From IMG/VR virus record IMGVR_UViG_3300024344_000004, positions 237-64,236 of that record: a DNA stretch of 64,000 bases; one strand, written 5' to 3'. The position numbers were made by a program, and so were the translations under genes. Positions 1 through 9,034 of this stretch are shown one piece after another. The stretch is from a virus. Under the pieces are notes generated by a model. That model searched no databases, had not been told where the DNA came from, and worked only from the letters and a program-made list of their open reading frames with translations. How positions within the stretch are numbered: position 1 is the first letter of the stretch; every line of letters begins with the position of its first letter.

Positions 1-408
1 ATTTTCTTGTTGATACAAATTGTTACCATCTTCAGATGTTTGATGGTATGCAGCTAGAGTTGGGCGTGTATTAGAATTGTCTGGGAGAGTTATATCACCC
101 TCTCTAATAGGATAATCGTCTTGTAAACCATATAATTTTATAGTGGGAGATACTCCTGTTTCTCCTACACTTGTGCCCGACACAAATGTACGCAAATAAC
201 CTCCAACCAAATCATATTGACCAGCTTTCACGTTTATATCAGTATTACCAGAGATAATTGAAAATACATTTCTATCTCCAGTAGATAATACTAAATTATT
301 ACCAGTAGCGGCTAAAGACAAATCAGGTAATTCTGCTACAACTGGAAGTGCTGCACCTGATGCAACGAGCTTTCTTTTATAGAAATGTTCCGGTTGCGTT
401 CTTATCAT
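1..408 (-). CDS. Tail protein downstream of tape measure (partial, runs off window edge)
   Basis: ATGA overlap with the tape-measure stop; frame open from 408 to the window edge (MIRTQPEHFYKRKLV...); not in ORF track. Confidence 0.65.
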   Translation of the reverse strand, partial: MIRTQPEHFYKRKLVASGAALPVVAELPDLSLAATGNNLVLSTGDRNVFSIISGNTDINVKAGQYDLVGGYLRTFVSGTSVGETGVSPTIKLYGLQDDYPIREGDITLPDNSNTRPTLAAYHQTSEDGNNLYQQEN

Positions 409-3005
409 GCCAATCCTCCAAAGGAATCCACTCCAATAGTAACATCTTTAAATACCACTTTACCACTTAACATATTTTCGGTTTGTGAATTATTTAAAAC
501 TTTGCCCGACTGAGTAGGCATAAAGAGTTCTGGTCCCATTTCTCCTACGAGATGAGGACGTCCACCACCCATACCACCACCAGCAGCCATACCCGGTATA
601 TATCCACCTGACTGTAAAACACCAGTGGCTTTAGCTATATCATAAGCTAACAAACCTCCCATAGCAACAGCACCTATACCAGTTCCACCAAGTAATGCAC
701 CAGCTAATAATCTTTTAGCACCCCATTGACCAGTTTTCTTAGCAATCATCTTACCACCCGTTGCTGTACCACCACGTTTTACAGCTTCTCTACCTGCTTT
801 ATTAAGTCCTCCACCAGCTAAAGTTACATTTTTAAGAGCTTTACCTCTAACACCTATAACACCCGTAGCTGTAGAAAGTTGCATACTTTGTGCTACCGCT
901 GCTGCTGTAGCTGCTGCGGCTAATCCCCTATAAACACGAGATAATGCCAAAACGGCGAGTGTTTGTACAGGTAAAATAACGTTTAAAGCTTTGAATATTA
1001 AAACCCATTTCATCAAATTAGGGTATTCTTTAAATAACATCGCTACTACTTTGAGAGGTGCTGCTATAATCTCTAGAAGTTGTGCGAAATCAACACCTGT
1101 TTTTTGTAATTCTACTATTCCTTCTATAAAATCTTGAATTAAATCTATAATTAATACCATCGAATCAGTAGCAAATGCTTGTAACGATGCTCCAAACTCT
1201 GTTAATTGTTGTACTCCGTTCTTTTCCTCTACAATTAAGTCCTTAAAACCTTGAATCTGAGTAACAATTGCTTCGTGGAAAGCGTTCATAAATTCAGTTC
1301 CTTCATATGAAGCATCTCTAAGTGCAAAAATAGAAAATATATTAGTTTTTAATATTTGTATTTGAGCTTGTAACGACTGATTCTGTATACGAACCATCTC
1401 ATCTAACTGACCACCTGCGTTCGTGGTATCTTCAACAGCTTGAGTAAACTCATCCGAAGCTTGAACTAAGTGGATAAACGCAGTAGCACCACGCACATTC
1501 AAGTCTTCAATTAAAGTTGTTAAAAGTTCAGTATTAGATATAGTTTCTGGCCCAACTGCGGCAGCGAACTGAGCAGCTATCTCAGTTAATTGCATCATTT
1601 CACCCTCAGCGTTTAATATCTCAACACCCATTTTACGGAATCCAGCTTCAGCATCCATAGCGCCTTCAGCAAATTCTGCTAATGCTTGTCTAAGACCCCT
1701 ACCAGCTATACCAGCCTCTAAAGCTCTATTAGTCAAGACCTGTAAAGCCCCTAACAATTGGTCAATAGATTGCCCTGTAGAGGTAAAGAAAGGTAGAGCA
1801 AACTTAACAGCGCTTGATAAATCTTGATATTCAATAAGAGATTTCTGTATAGCAAAGGCAAATTTATCGGTTAATAGAGCTGCTTGGTCCATTTCCATAC
1901 CAAAACCAAACAATGTCTGAGCAGTCAGTTTAGAAATAGTATTATGGTCTCCCTGAACAGCCATAGATAACTTTAAAGTCTCAGGTAAAATAGACATTGC
2001 TTCATTGGCTTCAAGACCTGCCGATGCAAGTTGGTATAAACCTTCTGCACCATTGTGAACCGCTATACCAAATTTGTTACCAAACTCTGTAACAGTGTTT
2101 CCTACCCTAAATAACTCGTCATTAGTCAAATTAAACACAGAATTGGCGTTTAATAGCTCTCTTTCGAATTCTATGAGCTCTTGTGTGTTTTGGTTAAGCT
2201 TGTACCCTACAACAGTTAAAAGCGACACAGACGTCCTTAAAGCCTCATTGAACTTATTTCGCATTGCATCTGCTGTTCCTAGTACTTTATCTCTAAAATC
2301 AGCAGCTTTAGTGTTCAAATCTCCATAGTCGCTTGTTATACCTGTTATTTCATTGTCAATATCTTCAAAATTTTGTTTGATATCTTTTTGTATCTGTAAT
2401 TCTTCTTGTAATTTACCAAGTTTTTCTCGTTGTGTTTTAGCTTCGGCGGCTTTCTTTTCGCCTTGTTTTTCTAATTCGATAAATTTTTCTTTTTCTATTG
2501 TTAATTCTCTTTCACTTTGTGCTATAACTTTTCCTTGATTTCTGATGACTTCGGCTCTACCGGCTGCGTCCATTTTTTGCATGTTTGCTGCAATTTGGAG
2601 CTGACCTTCCATACCACCCTTACCACCTACTCCACCAAAAAGAGAATCTCTCATTGGTTTAGACAGAACTGATTTTAATTTTCCATAATGTCCCTTTATT
2701 TTATTGAAATTATTAGCTACACTACTTGAAGTAGCTTTATTTAATGCTTCTAAATTTCTTTCTAAACGAATACGAACTTCGTTATTCATTTTATCCATAG
2801 CAGTAGTAGATTTATTGTTTAACCCTTGTAGACGGGCTGCATAATTTTCATTGAGACCTCCTCTGTTTTTAGCTAATTGTGCTTGTTTATAAATATCTTC
2901 TATACCTTTAGCTAATGCACCACCAGCTTTAGACATAGCCTGTGGACTCGGAACGGCTAAACCTATAGCGACACGCGCTGCAAACAGTTGTCCTGCAAAA
3001 CCCAT
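405..3005 (-). CDS. Tail tape measure protein (TP901-like core)
   Basis: 866 aa, helical; TMP-type core (FERELLNANSV...GLYQLASAG...LSSAVKFALP...AGIAGRGLRQ); follows tail chaperones. Confidence 0.92.
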   Translation of the reverse strand: MGFAGQLFAARVAIGLAVPSPQAMSKAGGALAKGIEDIYKQAQLAKNRGGLNENYAARLQGLNNKSTTAMDKMNNEVRIRLERNLEALNKATSSSVANNFNKIKGHYGKLKSVLSKPMRDSLFGGVGGKGGMEGQLQIAANMQKMDAAGRAEVIRNQGKVIAQSERELTIEKEKFIELEKQGEKKAAEAKTQREKLGKLQEELQIQKDIKQNFEDIDNEITGITSDYGDLNTKAADFRDKVLGTADAMRNKFNEALRTSVSLLTVVGYKLNQNTQELIEFERELLNANSVFNLTNDELFRVGNTVTEFGNKFGIAVHNGAEGLYQLASAGLEANEAMSILPETLKLSMAVQGDHNTISKLTAQTLFGFGMEMDQAALLTDKFAFAIQKSLIEYQDLSSAVKFALPFFTSTGQSIDQLLGALQVLTNRALEAGIAGRGLRQALAEFAEGAMDAEAGFRKMGVEILNAEGEMMQLTEIAAQFAAAVGPETISNTELLTTLIEDLNVRGATAFIHLVQASDEFTQAVEDTTNAGGQLDEMVRIQNQSLQAQIQILKTNIFSIFALRDASYEGTEFMNAFHEAIVTQIQGFKDLIVEEKNGVQQLTEFGASLQAFATDSMVLIIDLIQDFIEGIVELQKTGVDFAQLLEIIAAPLKVVAMLFKEYPNLMKWVLIFKALNVILPVQTLAVLALSRVYRGLAAAATAAAVAQSMQLSTATGVIGVRGKALKNVTLAGGGLNKAGREAVKRGGTATGGKMIAKKTGQWGAKRLLAGALLGGTGIGAVAMGGLLAYDIAKATGVLQSGGYIPGMAAGGGMGGGRPHLVGEMGPELFMPTQSGKVLNNSQTENMLSGKVVFKDVTIGVDSFGGLA

Positions 3006-3006
3006 T

Positions 3007-3297
3007 TTATATATCCTTAAACGTTAGTTTTTTACTCTTTCCAATCATATCATGATATCTTCTTTGCGTTTCTAAATACCTCGTGTAATTAGTTCTTACT
3101 TGAGGGTTCTCCTTTGCCATTTCACTGACTTGTTTATCCGTATAACCATCCATTGAATGGTATACTCTGTATTCATTGTACGCACTAAGTAAACCTCTCA
3201 GTTCGTGTTTGGGCGTATTCTTGATTTCACTCCAACTCATCCCTAAATGTTCCATTAGGGGCATATATATCAATACCGCATCAGGCGTGTCCAGCAT
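3007..3297 (-). CDS. Tail assembly chaperone, C-terminal (gpT-like) part reached by -1 frameshift
   Basis: Sits between chaperone and TMP, in the -1 frame relative to the upstream ORF and open through the slippery site. Confidence 0.75.
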   Translation of the reverse strand: MLDTPDAVLIYMPLMEHLGMSWSEIKNTPKHELRGLLSAYNEYRVYHSMDGYTDKQVSEMAKENPQVRTNYTRYLETQRRYHDMIGKSKKLTFKDI

Positions 3298-3659
3298 CAG
3301 TCGCGAAAATTTTCTGCGGCTTCTTCCTCGACACCTAATATTTTATTAGATATTGCATACCGAAGTGTTGTTGGGAGTAGTCCCCACTGTTCTTCAGTTA
3401 TTATTGGACCTTCTGGGTCTTTTTCATTTGCTTTTAATATCATTTTTAGAACTCGTTGATTACCAAGTTCTTGATACTTTAACATTTTCTCTTCTTCTGG
3501 TAAACTATCTGATATACCAGTGAACTTAGGTTCTTCTTTTTCTGCTAATTCACAAAAATGAAAGTGAACCATTCCATCTCTATACTCTACTTCTTCGTTT
3601 TGCACTTCATCAGTGAGTGCTACTAATTCATCCATCGACCAAATTTTCTTTTCTGTCAT
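3297..3659 (-). CDS. Tail assembly chaperone (gpG-like)
   Basis: 120 aa acidic protein between tail tube and TMP, ending in a slippery heptamer. Confidence 0.8.
   Translation of the reverse strand: MTEKKIWSMDELVALTDEVQNEEVEYRDGMVHFHFCELAEKEEPKFTGISDSLPEEEKMLKYQELGNQRVLKMILKANEKDPEGPIITEEQWGLLPTTLRYAISNKILGVEEEAAENFRD
3306..3312 (-). other. -1 ribosomal frameshift heptamer A AAT TTT
   Basis: Minus strand reads GAA AAT TTT CGC GAC TGA; the -1 frame gives TCG CGA CTG ATG CTG GAC (S-R-L-M-L-D), joining ORF 3007-3297. Confidence 0.8.
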
Positions 3660-3671
3660 TTTTTATCTCCT

Positions 3672-3693
3672 GAAGGGGACTCACGCCCCCCTC
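3672..3693 (-). terminator. GC-rich hairpin after tail tube genes
   Basis: GAGGGG...CCCCTTC stem on the minus strand just after the stop at 3710. Confidence 0.5.
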
Positions 3694-3709
3694 AAATTAA
3701 TTATTATAT

Positions 3710-4291
3710 CTATAAGTTAGTTATTAAAGTATTACCAGTGTAATTAGCACCGCTAATAATAGGAGTAACCATAGATGATAATTCTATTGTTTCTTCGCTT
3801 GTACCATCTGCGCTCATAGTAACAGTATGACCAGCTACTACACAGTTTGGAATACTCATAACTTCAGAAGTTCCTGATAGGTGTACATATACTCGGTATC
3901 CATACTCGACCGTAGGTTCAGACAAACCATCCATAAGTGCAGTATCGTCAACAGTTGTACCTGTAACTCCATATCTACATTTATCATAGACAAATTCGTA
4001 ATCAGGGGTACTCTTTTTCCTAGTTAAAGTAACCGTGGTTTCCTTTTTAATTTCAGCTTTTAAAGCTGTCCTCATACCAAAGTAGGTTATGTCTTCATCC
4101 ATAGCTCCTATACTTAAATCTACAGCTGTTAAATCTGATTGTTCTGTAGCTGTACCGTCTAACTGCGCTGCAAATGTGGCTGTTGCTGTATTTACAACAC
4201 TCGTACTTCCATCATCAACAGGCGTAACACCCAAGGTATCGTTTTCAGTAGTTAAAAATACTGCTACATCTTTTCCTAAGTAAAAAGCCAT
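3710..4291 (-). CDS. Tail tube protein, paralog 2
   Basis: 193 aa, beta-rich; shares MA(F/Y)(Y/F)LG(K/R)DV, DED..Y.G, EIKKE.TV.LTRKK and EET.E motifs with the upstream ORF. Confidence 0.8.
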   Translation of the reverse strand: MAFYLGKDVAVFLTTENDTLGVTPVDDGSTSVVNTATATFAAQLDGTATEQSDLTAVDLSIGAMDEDITYFGMRTALKAEIKKETTVTLTRKKSTPDYEFVYDKCRYGVTGTTVDDTALMDGLSEPTVEYGYRVYVHLSGTSEVMSIPNCVVAGHTVTMSADGTSEETIELSSMVTPIISGANYTGNTLITNL

Positions 4292-4293
4292 GC

Positions 4294-4986
4294 TTAGAAC
4301 CCCTCTAATAATGTTAATGAGCTATTTAATTCATTACCAGCTGCTCCGTAGACTGCTGGTTGATAAGAACTAAATTCTAATGTCTCTTCTTGAACGCCAT
4401 CAGCGTTAAGCGTAGTTGTGTAAGCGGTTATACAACAGTTTTTAATACATAGAACTTCTTCGTTACTATTACTTCCTGCTGTACCCGTTTTAAATTGTAA
4501 AGATACTCTATAACCATAACATGATTTGGTTGTTTCTGTACCATCTGCTATAGATTTAGGATTTACTAATCCAGTACCAAGACCTGCGTTACCGCTACTC
4601 ATACCGAATCTTGCTTTATTACCATTTTTATCTCCGTTATAAATTACATCCCAAAGATTGCTGTTTTTCTTTCTTGTTAAGGATACTGTGTATTCCTTTT
4701 TAATTTCAACCTTACCGGGTTGAGTCTGTCCAATATAAGAAGTGTCTTCATCCATGGTTCCTAGTGCTACATCTACTCCAACAATATCTGCATATGCAGT
4801 ATAGCCAGTCAAAGCTGTGCCCGAGTTCATATCGTCTGCAAACATGTTTGTATTTGCTGTTGCCGGGTCGCCTAGTGTTATAACTGGTGCTGTAACACCG
4901 TTTGCTAATACACCTATTGCTTTGTTAGTTACTCTTGTTTCGGTCGTAATGAAAACATTTACATCTCTTCCTAGAAAGTAAGCCAT
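4294..4986 (-). CDS. Tail tube protein, paralog 1
   Basis: 230 aa; preceded by AGGAGGTGA SD and its own promoter; canonical position before the chaperones. Confidence 0.8.
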   Translation of the reverse strand: MAYFLGRDVNVFITTETRVTNKAIGVLANGVTAPVITLGDPATANTNMFADDMNSGTALTGYTAYADIVGVDVALGTMDEDTSYIGQTQPGKVEIKKEYTVSLTRKKNSNLWDVIYNGDKNGNKARFGMSSGNAGLGTGLVNPKSIADGTETTKSCYGYRVSLQFKTGTAGSNSNEEVLCIKNCCITAYTTTLNADGVQEETLEFSSYQPAVYGAAGNELNSSLTLLEGF

Positions 4987-5109
4987 TAGAATTCACCTCC
5001 TTTTGCTATTTTATTGTGGGTATATACCATTTTTTCACCTTTTGTTTTTTTTGTGTCGACTTCCAGTACGTTACACTTCACTCGTTACCTTTAAATTAAC
5101 TCGTCTTAC

Positions 5110-5123
5110 TATATAAAGCTTTT
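5110..5123 (-). promoter_or_regulatory. Archaeal BRE-TATA promoter for tail tube operon
   Basis: Minus strand AAAAGCTTTATATA, same motif as the other promoters in this genome. Confidence 0.7.
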
Positions 5124-5125
5124 GC

Positions 5126-6808
5126 TTAATACTGATTAGCTCCTCCCCGTCTGAAAGCAGCAACACCAGCTCTACGCGAAGTTACTAAAGGAGATATAGA
5201 AAAGTTATAACCAGTCTCTGTCATACCTGTTCCTCTCCATGTATCGTCCATTACATCACTCCACACACCCAATAGATGTTTGCGTGGATTTCCTTTGTCA
5301 TCTCCAAATATCCATTCGCTAGAAATAGTAGTTCCTTGTCTATTACCTTTTGGTCCGGGACCAACTGCACGATACCAATCTTTTGTTAAATCATTACTTT
5401 GTTGTAATAATGCTTGATACCAATTAGCAAATGCCTGAGTAGATTGAGGGTTGTTATAATAGTCATTGATTTGTTGCCTTAGGTTTTCGGCTATTTGTGT
5501 AGTAGTTAAATGTATTTTTCCTCCAGTTCCTGCTATATTGAGTTGTATATTATTAAAAAAATCTAAAGCCAGACCAGCTGTAGAAAATTCTCCTGTTCTT
5601 TCTACCCTATCTAATGTAGAAACTGATACAGCATTAGCTTCGTTGTGAGCTAAAAAAGCGATTTCTGAAATTAAAGTTGCACCTACTGAGTTTTGGCTTA
5701 ACATCCAATCAGTAAAAGCATTTATAACATTTCCATCCAAAGCAGCTACAACTGCTACATTATCGCTATCAAAACCAATCTGAGGCATACCATTTTCATA
5801 CAGTGGATAAAATGTAGCAAAACCAATAGTACTTGGTGTTAAGGTAACTTGATAAACATGCCTGATAGGCTCTAATGCTCTACCTGCACTGTCCATCATA
5901 GTTTGACTTCTACCCACCCTATTTAAAAACTGTCTCATATCATAAGCGGCAGTGCCTCTAGTTGCAGAAGAAAACATGCCTTTAGCCATCTCAAAGTCTC
6001 TACCTGACATCGTAGCATTGTAACCAAAAGAAGTCCATTCATTAGCTATACGTGTATTCCATTCATTTATATTTTGTTGAATGTGTGTAGTCCATGTAGA
6101 CACAGCACTTGCTAAATCTGTTTCTGAAGTATCTATTTGTGCTAAAATCTTATGGCTAGCACTACCACCTGCATCTCTAGCAACTTCAGCACTTTGTATG
6201 TTTAGATTTTGTGGTAATTCTGATTGAATAAACCTTCTAAAGGAATCATGCTCTTCTAAAAATATATCGAAATCCTGAGACCGACCAAAGTCACCCGACC
6301 TATCAAATGCTTGGCCTGATTGGTCATCATTACCTTCAAGTGCTGAATATAAATTACTTAGCATACCTATTTCAATTTCATCTCTTATACGACTATTTAG
6401 AGCAACAGAACCGGGACGAGCACTTGCACTATCTAATAACTCTTGAAGTTGTTGTCCCATTATGTCTGAAGAAGCTTGACCAGCAATACCTCTAGCAGAA
6501 GCAAGAGCAACATCTTCTCTCGGCATCATAGCACTCATTATACGTGTACGACCTGCTCCTTTACCTTGATAAATCTGTCTTCTTAAAACATAAGGATATC
6601 CATCACGTTCATTATCACCCAAAGAAGAATCATCTTGAGGAGATAAATCGAAATAACCCTCACTTGAAGCTCCAGCTACTGTAGGTGTAGTACCTCTCAG
6701 TTGCATTGCATAAGCTTGTGTAAAAGGTAAGTAGGGTTGAAAACCAACTGAGATACTTCTGAATACATTTTGTTCACCAAACTGCTCAATCATTCTGACA
6801 TTAGGCAT
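5126..6808 (-). CDS. Uncharacterised virion/neck-region protein
   Basis: 560 aa between the putative terminator and the tail tubes; no motif recognised. Confidence 0.5.
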   Translation of the reverse strand: MPNVRMIEQFGEQNVFRSISVGFQPYLPFTQAYAMQLRGTTPTVAGASSEGYFDLSPQDDSSLGDNERDGYPYVLRRQIYQGKGAGRTRIMSAMMPREDVALASARGIAGQASSDIMGQQLQELLDSASARPGSVALNSRIRDEIEIGMLSNLYSALEGNDDQSGQAFDRSGDFGRSQDFDIFLEEHDSFRRFIQSELPQNLNIQSAEVARDAGGSASHKILAQIDTSETDLASAVSTWTTHIQQNINEWNTRIANEWTSFGYNATMSGRDFEMAKGMFSSATRGTAAYDMRQFLNRVGRSQTMMDSAGRALEPIRHVYQVTLTPSTIGFATFYPLYENGMPQIGFDSDNVAVVAALDGNVINAFTDWMLSQNSVGATLISEIAFLAHNEANAVSVSTLDRVERTGEFSTAGLALDFFNNIQLNIAGTGGKIHLTTTQIAENLRQQINDYYNNPQSTQAFANWYQALLQQSNDLTKDWYRAVGPGPKGNRQGTTISSEWIFGDDKGNPRKHLLGVWSDVMDDTWRGTGMTETGYNFSISPLVTSRRAGVAAFRRGGANQY

Positions 6809-6811
6809 TTA

Positions 6812-7360
6812 TCACGACCGTGTGTTTTTGAATACTATAACCATTGAAGCAACTGCTACCCAATGTTCTAATTTAGGGTCATATCCTATATCTTTAAAAC
6901 CACTAAAATGCCTCTCATCTACTTCAGTATCAGTCGTACTAAAATCAGTATCCATAAGTATATTAGCGCTATTAAGCATGAGATAATTAATCAAACGTCT
7001 CTGTTTATACTTAGTAGAGCCCCCTGTAGGAGTTAAAGAGCAATCTCTATCTACGATAAGATATATATTAAAGCCTACTCCATAGAGCTCCCCTATCTGC
7101 TCAGTAGCGCTTGTTCCATATGTTAACCTTTGTCCCATAAATTGAGTTTCTATTCCATTAGCTACCATTTCTGTAATTATTGCTGGATACTTAGTTTGGT
7201 CTGTGGTTGGAAATTGCCCAAATACTGTTACATCAGTACCGTCAGCAGCCCATGCATTAGCGGTGCCTTTAGTACCACCAGTTATTTTGTTATATTGTCC
7301 TGCTCTCAGTTGGTCTATAAGTTTTCTCTCTACGTTATTAAGGTGGTCTGGAGGTGCCAT
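6812..7360 (-). CDS. Putative tail terminator (gpU/gp17-like)
   Basis: 182 aa, YPAI motif, alpha/beta pattern, follows the head-closure gene. Confidence 0.6.
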   Translation of the reverse strand: MAPPDHLNNVERKLIDQLRAGQYNKITGGTKGTANAWAADGTDVTVFGQFPTTDQTKYPAIITEMVANGIETQFMGQRLTYGTSATEQIGELYGVGFNIYLIVDRDCSLTPTGGSTKYKQRRLINYLMLNSANILMDTDFSTTDTEVDERHFSGFKDIGYDPKLEHWVAVASMVIVFKNTRS

Positions 7361-8340
7361 TATTCAGCTCGCCTCCTTGCGTCATCGCGTCCTGCGGTTC
7401 TAACGCAATTAAAAATAATATATCCATCAGTCATGTCTTTTAAAGAATGGACGTGCCATGACACAGATTTATAAAATTCTATTTCTCTTAGTTTGATAGT
7501 ATTTGTTACCCCAGTATATCCTGTGTAGTGGAATACTATAGAAGTTAAGTTACTTTCATAATTAAATGTAGTAGCTGAAGAAGTTACAGGAGTAGCATAC
7601 CGAGCACCTGACTGATAAATACTGGTGTTGTCAGCTACTGTTCCTGAAACATAAGGTAAATCTAAAGTTAACCAAGCATCAGCTGTTACAGTTAATGCAG
7701 TGGGTGTATATGTAAGTGTTTGTGCTGCTGCGTTTGTAACAACAATTTTTGTTAGTCCCATAGCAAAATTAGGTTTAACTTTTAATCTTAATCTATCTGC
7801 TTCTAATATATTAACATTAGCTGCTGGAGCTGTGTATGTGGTGGTACCATTATTAGTTAAAGTGTTAGTAATTGATTCACCATCAGAAGTTATAGCTCCA
7901 TGAGATGCACTCCATCCAGTTGTACCGCTCGTTTCTGCGTATAAGATAGACCTGTAATTTGTTATTAATCTATCCCAGCCTTGTATTTCATTAAATTGTG
8001 CTGTACCAGTAAAATTACCTTGGTCAAAATTAGGATAGTTTTTTATAGTATTTATATTAGGAGTATAAATTCTTGCTGCTCCAACTATATTGTTGCCAGC
8101 TCTCTCTTGTTGATAATCTGCTGTAACGGCAGGTCTAATAATTGCAGGTAAATCTGGAAGTAATAGTTCTGGTGCAGCTTCATCACCATCAGGTACTCCA
8201 TAAGCATCTGTTTCATAAATAGGTAAACGATGATATGTTACATATTGAGCTTGTTCGCTCCTGTATCTCAATGCGCGAAAGATGCGGTTCATATTCAAAG
8301 CACCCGGACGGATACCTTGTGAACCAATCAACCCCGGCAT
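7360..8340 (-). CDS. Putative head-closure (stopper) protein with a large beta-rich insertion
   Basis: Stopper-like N-part (VTYHR...DAYG...ARIYT...GWDRLI) and C-part (WHVHS...YIIFNCVR) flank about 165 aa of Thr/Ser-rich sequence. Confidence 0.55.
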   Translation of the reverse strand: MPGLIGSQGIRPGALNMNRIFRALRYRSEQAQYVTYHRLPIYETDAYGVPDGDEAAPELLLPDLPAIIRPAVTADYQQERAGNNIVGAARIYTPNINTIKNYPNFDQGNFTGTAQFNEIQGWDRLITNYRSILYAETSGTTGWSASHGAITSDGESITNTLTNNGTTTYTAPAANVNILEADRLRLKVKPNFAMGLTKIVVTNAAAQTLTYTPTALTVTADAWLTLDLPYVSGTVADNTSIYQSGARYATPVTSSATTFNYESNLTSIVFHYTGYTGVTNTIKLREIEFYKSVSWHVHSLKDMTDGYIIFNCVRTAGRDDARRRAE

Positions 8341-8342
8341 TA

Positions 8343-8810
8343 TTATTCTCCCGTACCTCTTGGCCTTGGATACATATCTTTAGTAGAGTCGACACCAGTA
8401 ACGTTTTTATCCCAATTAACTTTTCCAAGATATGGGTCTGCGTTATAAGTTGTAGTTTTAATACTCAAAGCTTGTTTCATTACTAACTGTTGCTCTGCTA
8501 ATTCTTTAAAGTGTATAAATTGGTCATCTTCATAATAGACTGCCAAATCTCCGACTTGTATTCTTTCTATACCCATACCATTTTGAGCAATAGATGCTAA
8601 ATAACAAGTGTAGTAAGCTACTGCATTATCATAAGCAGCGGCAGCTGTGGCTACATCATATGCTGTACCAATTTGTTCTTCAAACCATTCTGTTGAAATA
8701 CTAATTAAAATATCTAGTGTATCATTATCTAATTCTTCTTGTTCTATTCCAGCTAAGAGTCTAATTCTATCTCTCAGTCCGGCGAGTGTTGTTATACTTG
8801 TTATTGCCAT
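8343..8810 (-). CDS. Head-tail adaptor (gp15/gp6-like)
   Basis: 155 aa; LRDRIRLLAG...LDNDTL..LI, AVAYYTCYL, ERIQVGDLAVYY pattern; canonical position. Confidence 0.65.
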   Translation of the reverse strand: MAITSITTLAGLRDRIRLLAGIEQEELDNDTLDILISISTEWFEEQIGTAYDVATAAAAYDNAVAYYTCYLASIAQNGMGIERIQVGDLAVYYEDDQFIHFKELAEQQLVMKQALSIKTTTYNADPYLGKVNWDKNVTGVDSTKDMYPRPRGTGE

Positions 8811-8811
8811 T

Positions 8812-9018
8812 TTACATCATCCCCATTGCACCTGCACCACCAGCGGCAGTAACAGCTATACCTACCCACCATCTCATTTGGCGGCGTAAATCATTCTCCC
8901 ACATTTCGTGATGGGCTAAGTGATTCGTAAAGAGTGTTTCGAATTTATCCATTTTAGTAAAAACGGTCTTGACGCGTTCGTCTATGCGAATCAATAGTTC
9001 TTTATCTGTTGCATCCAT
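8812..9018 (-). CDS. Small coiled-coil + C-terminal TM protein (XhlA/holin-like)
   Basis: LIRIDERV coiled coil followed by hydrophobic WWVGIAVTAAGGAGAM. Confidence 0.45.
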   Translation of the reverse strand: MDATDKELLIRIDERVKTVFTKMDKFETLFTNHLAHHEMWENDLRRQMRWWVGIAVTAAGGAGAMGMM

Positions 9019-9034
9019 ATTTAAACCTTTCTCC

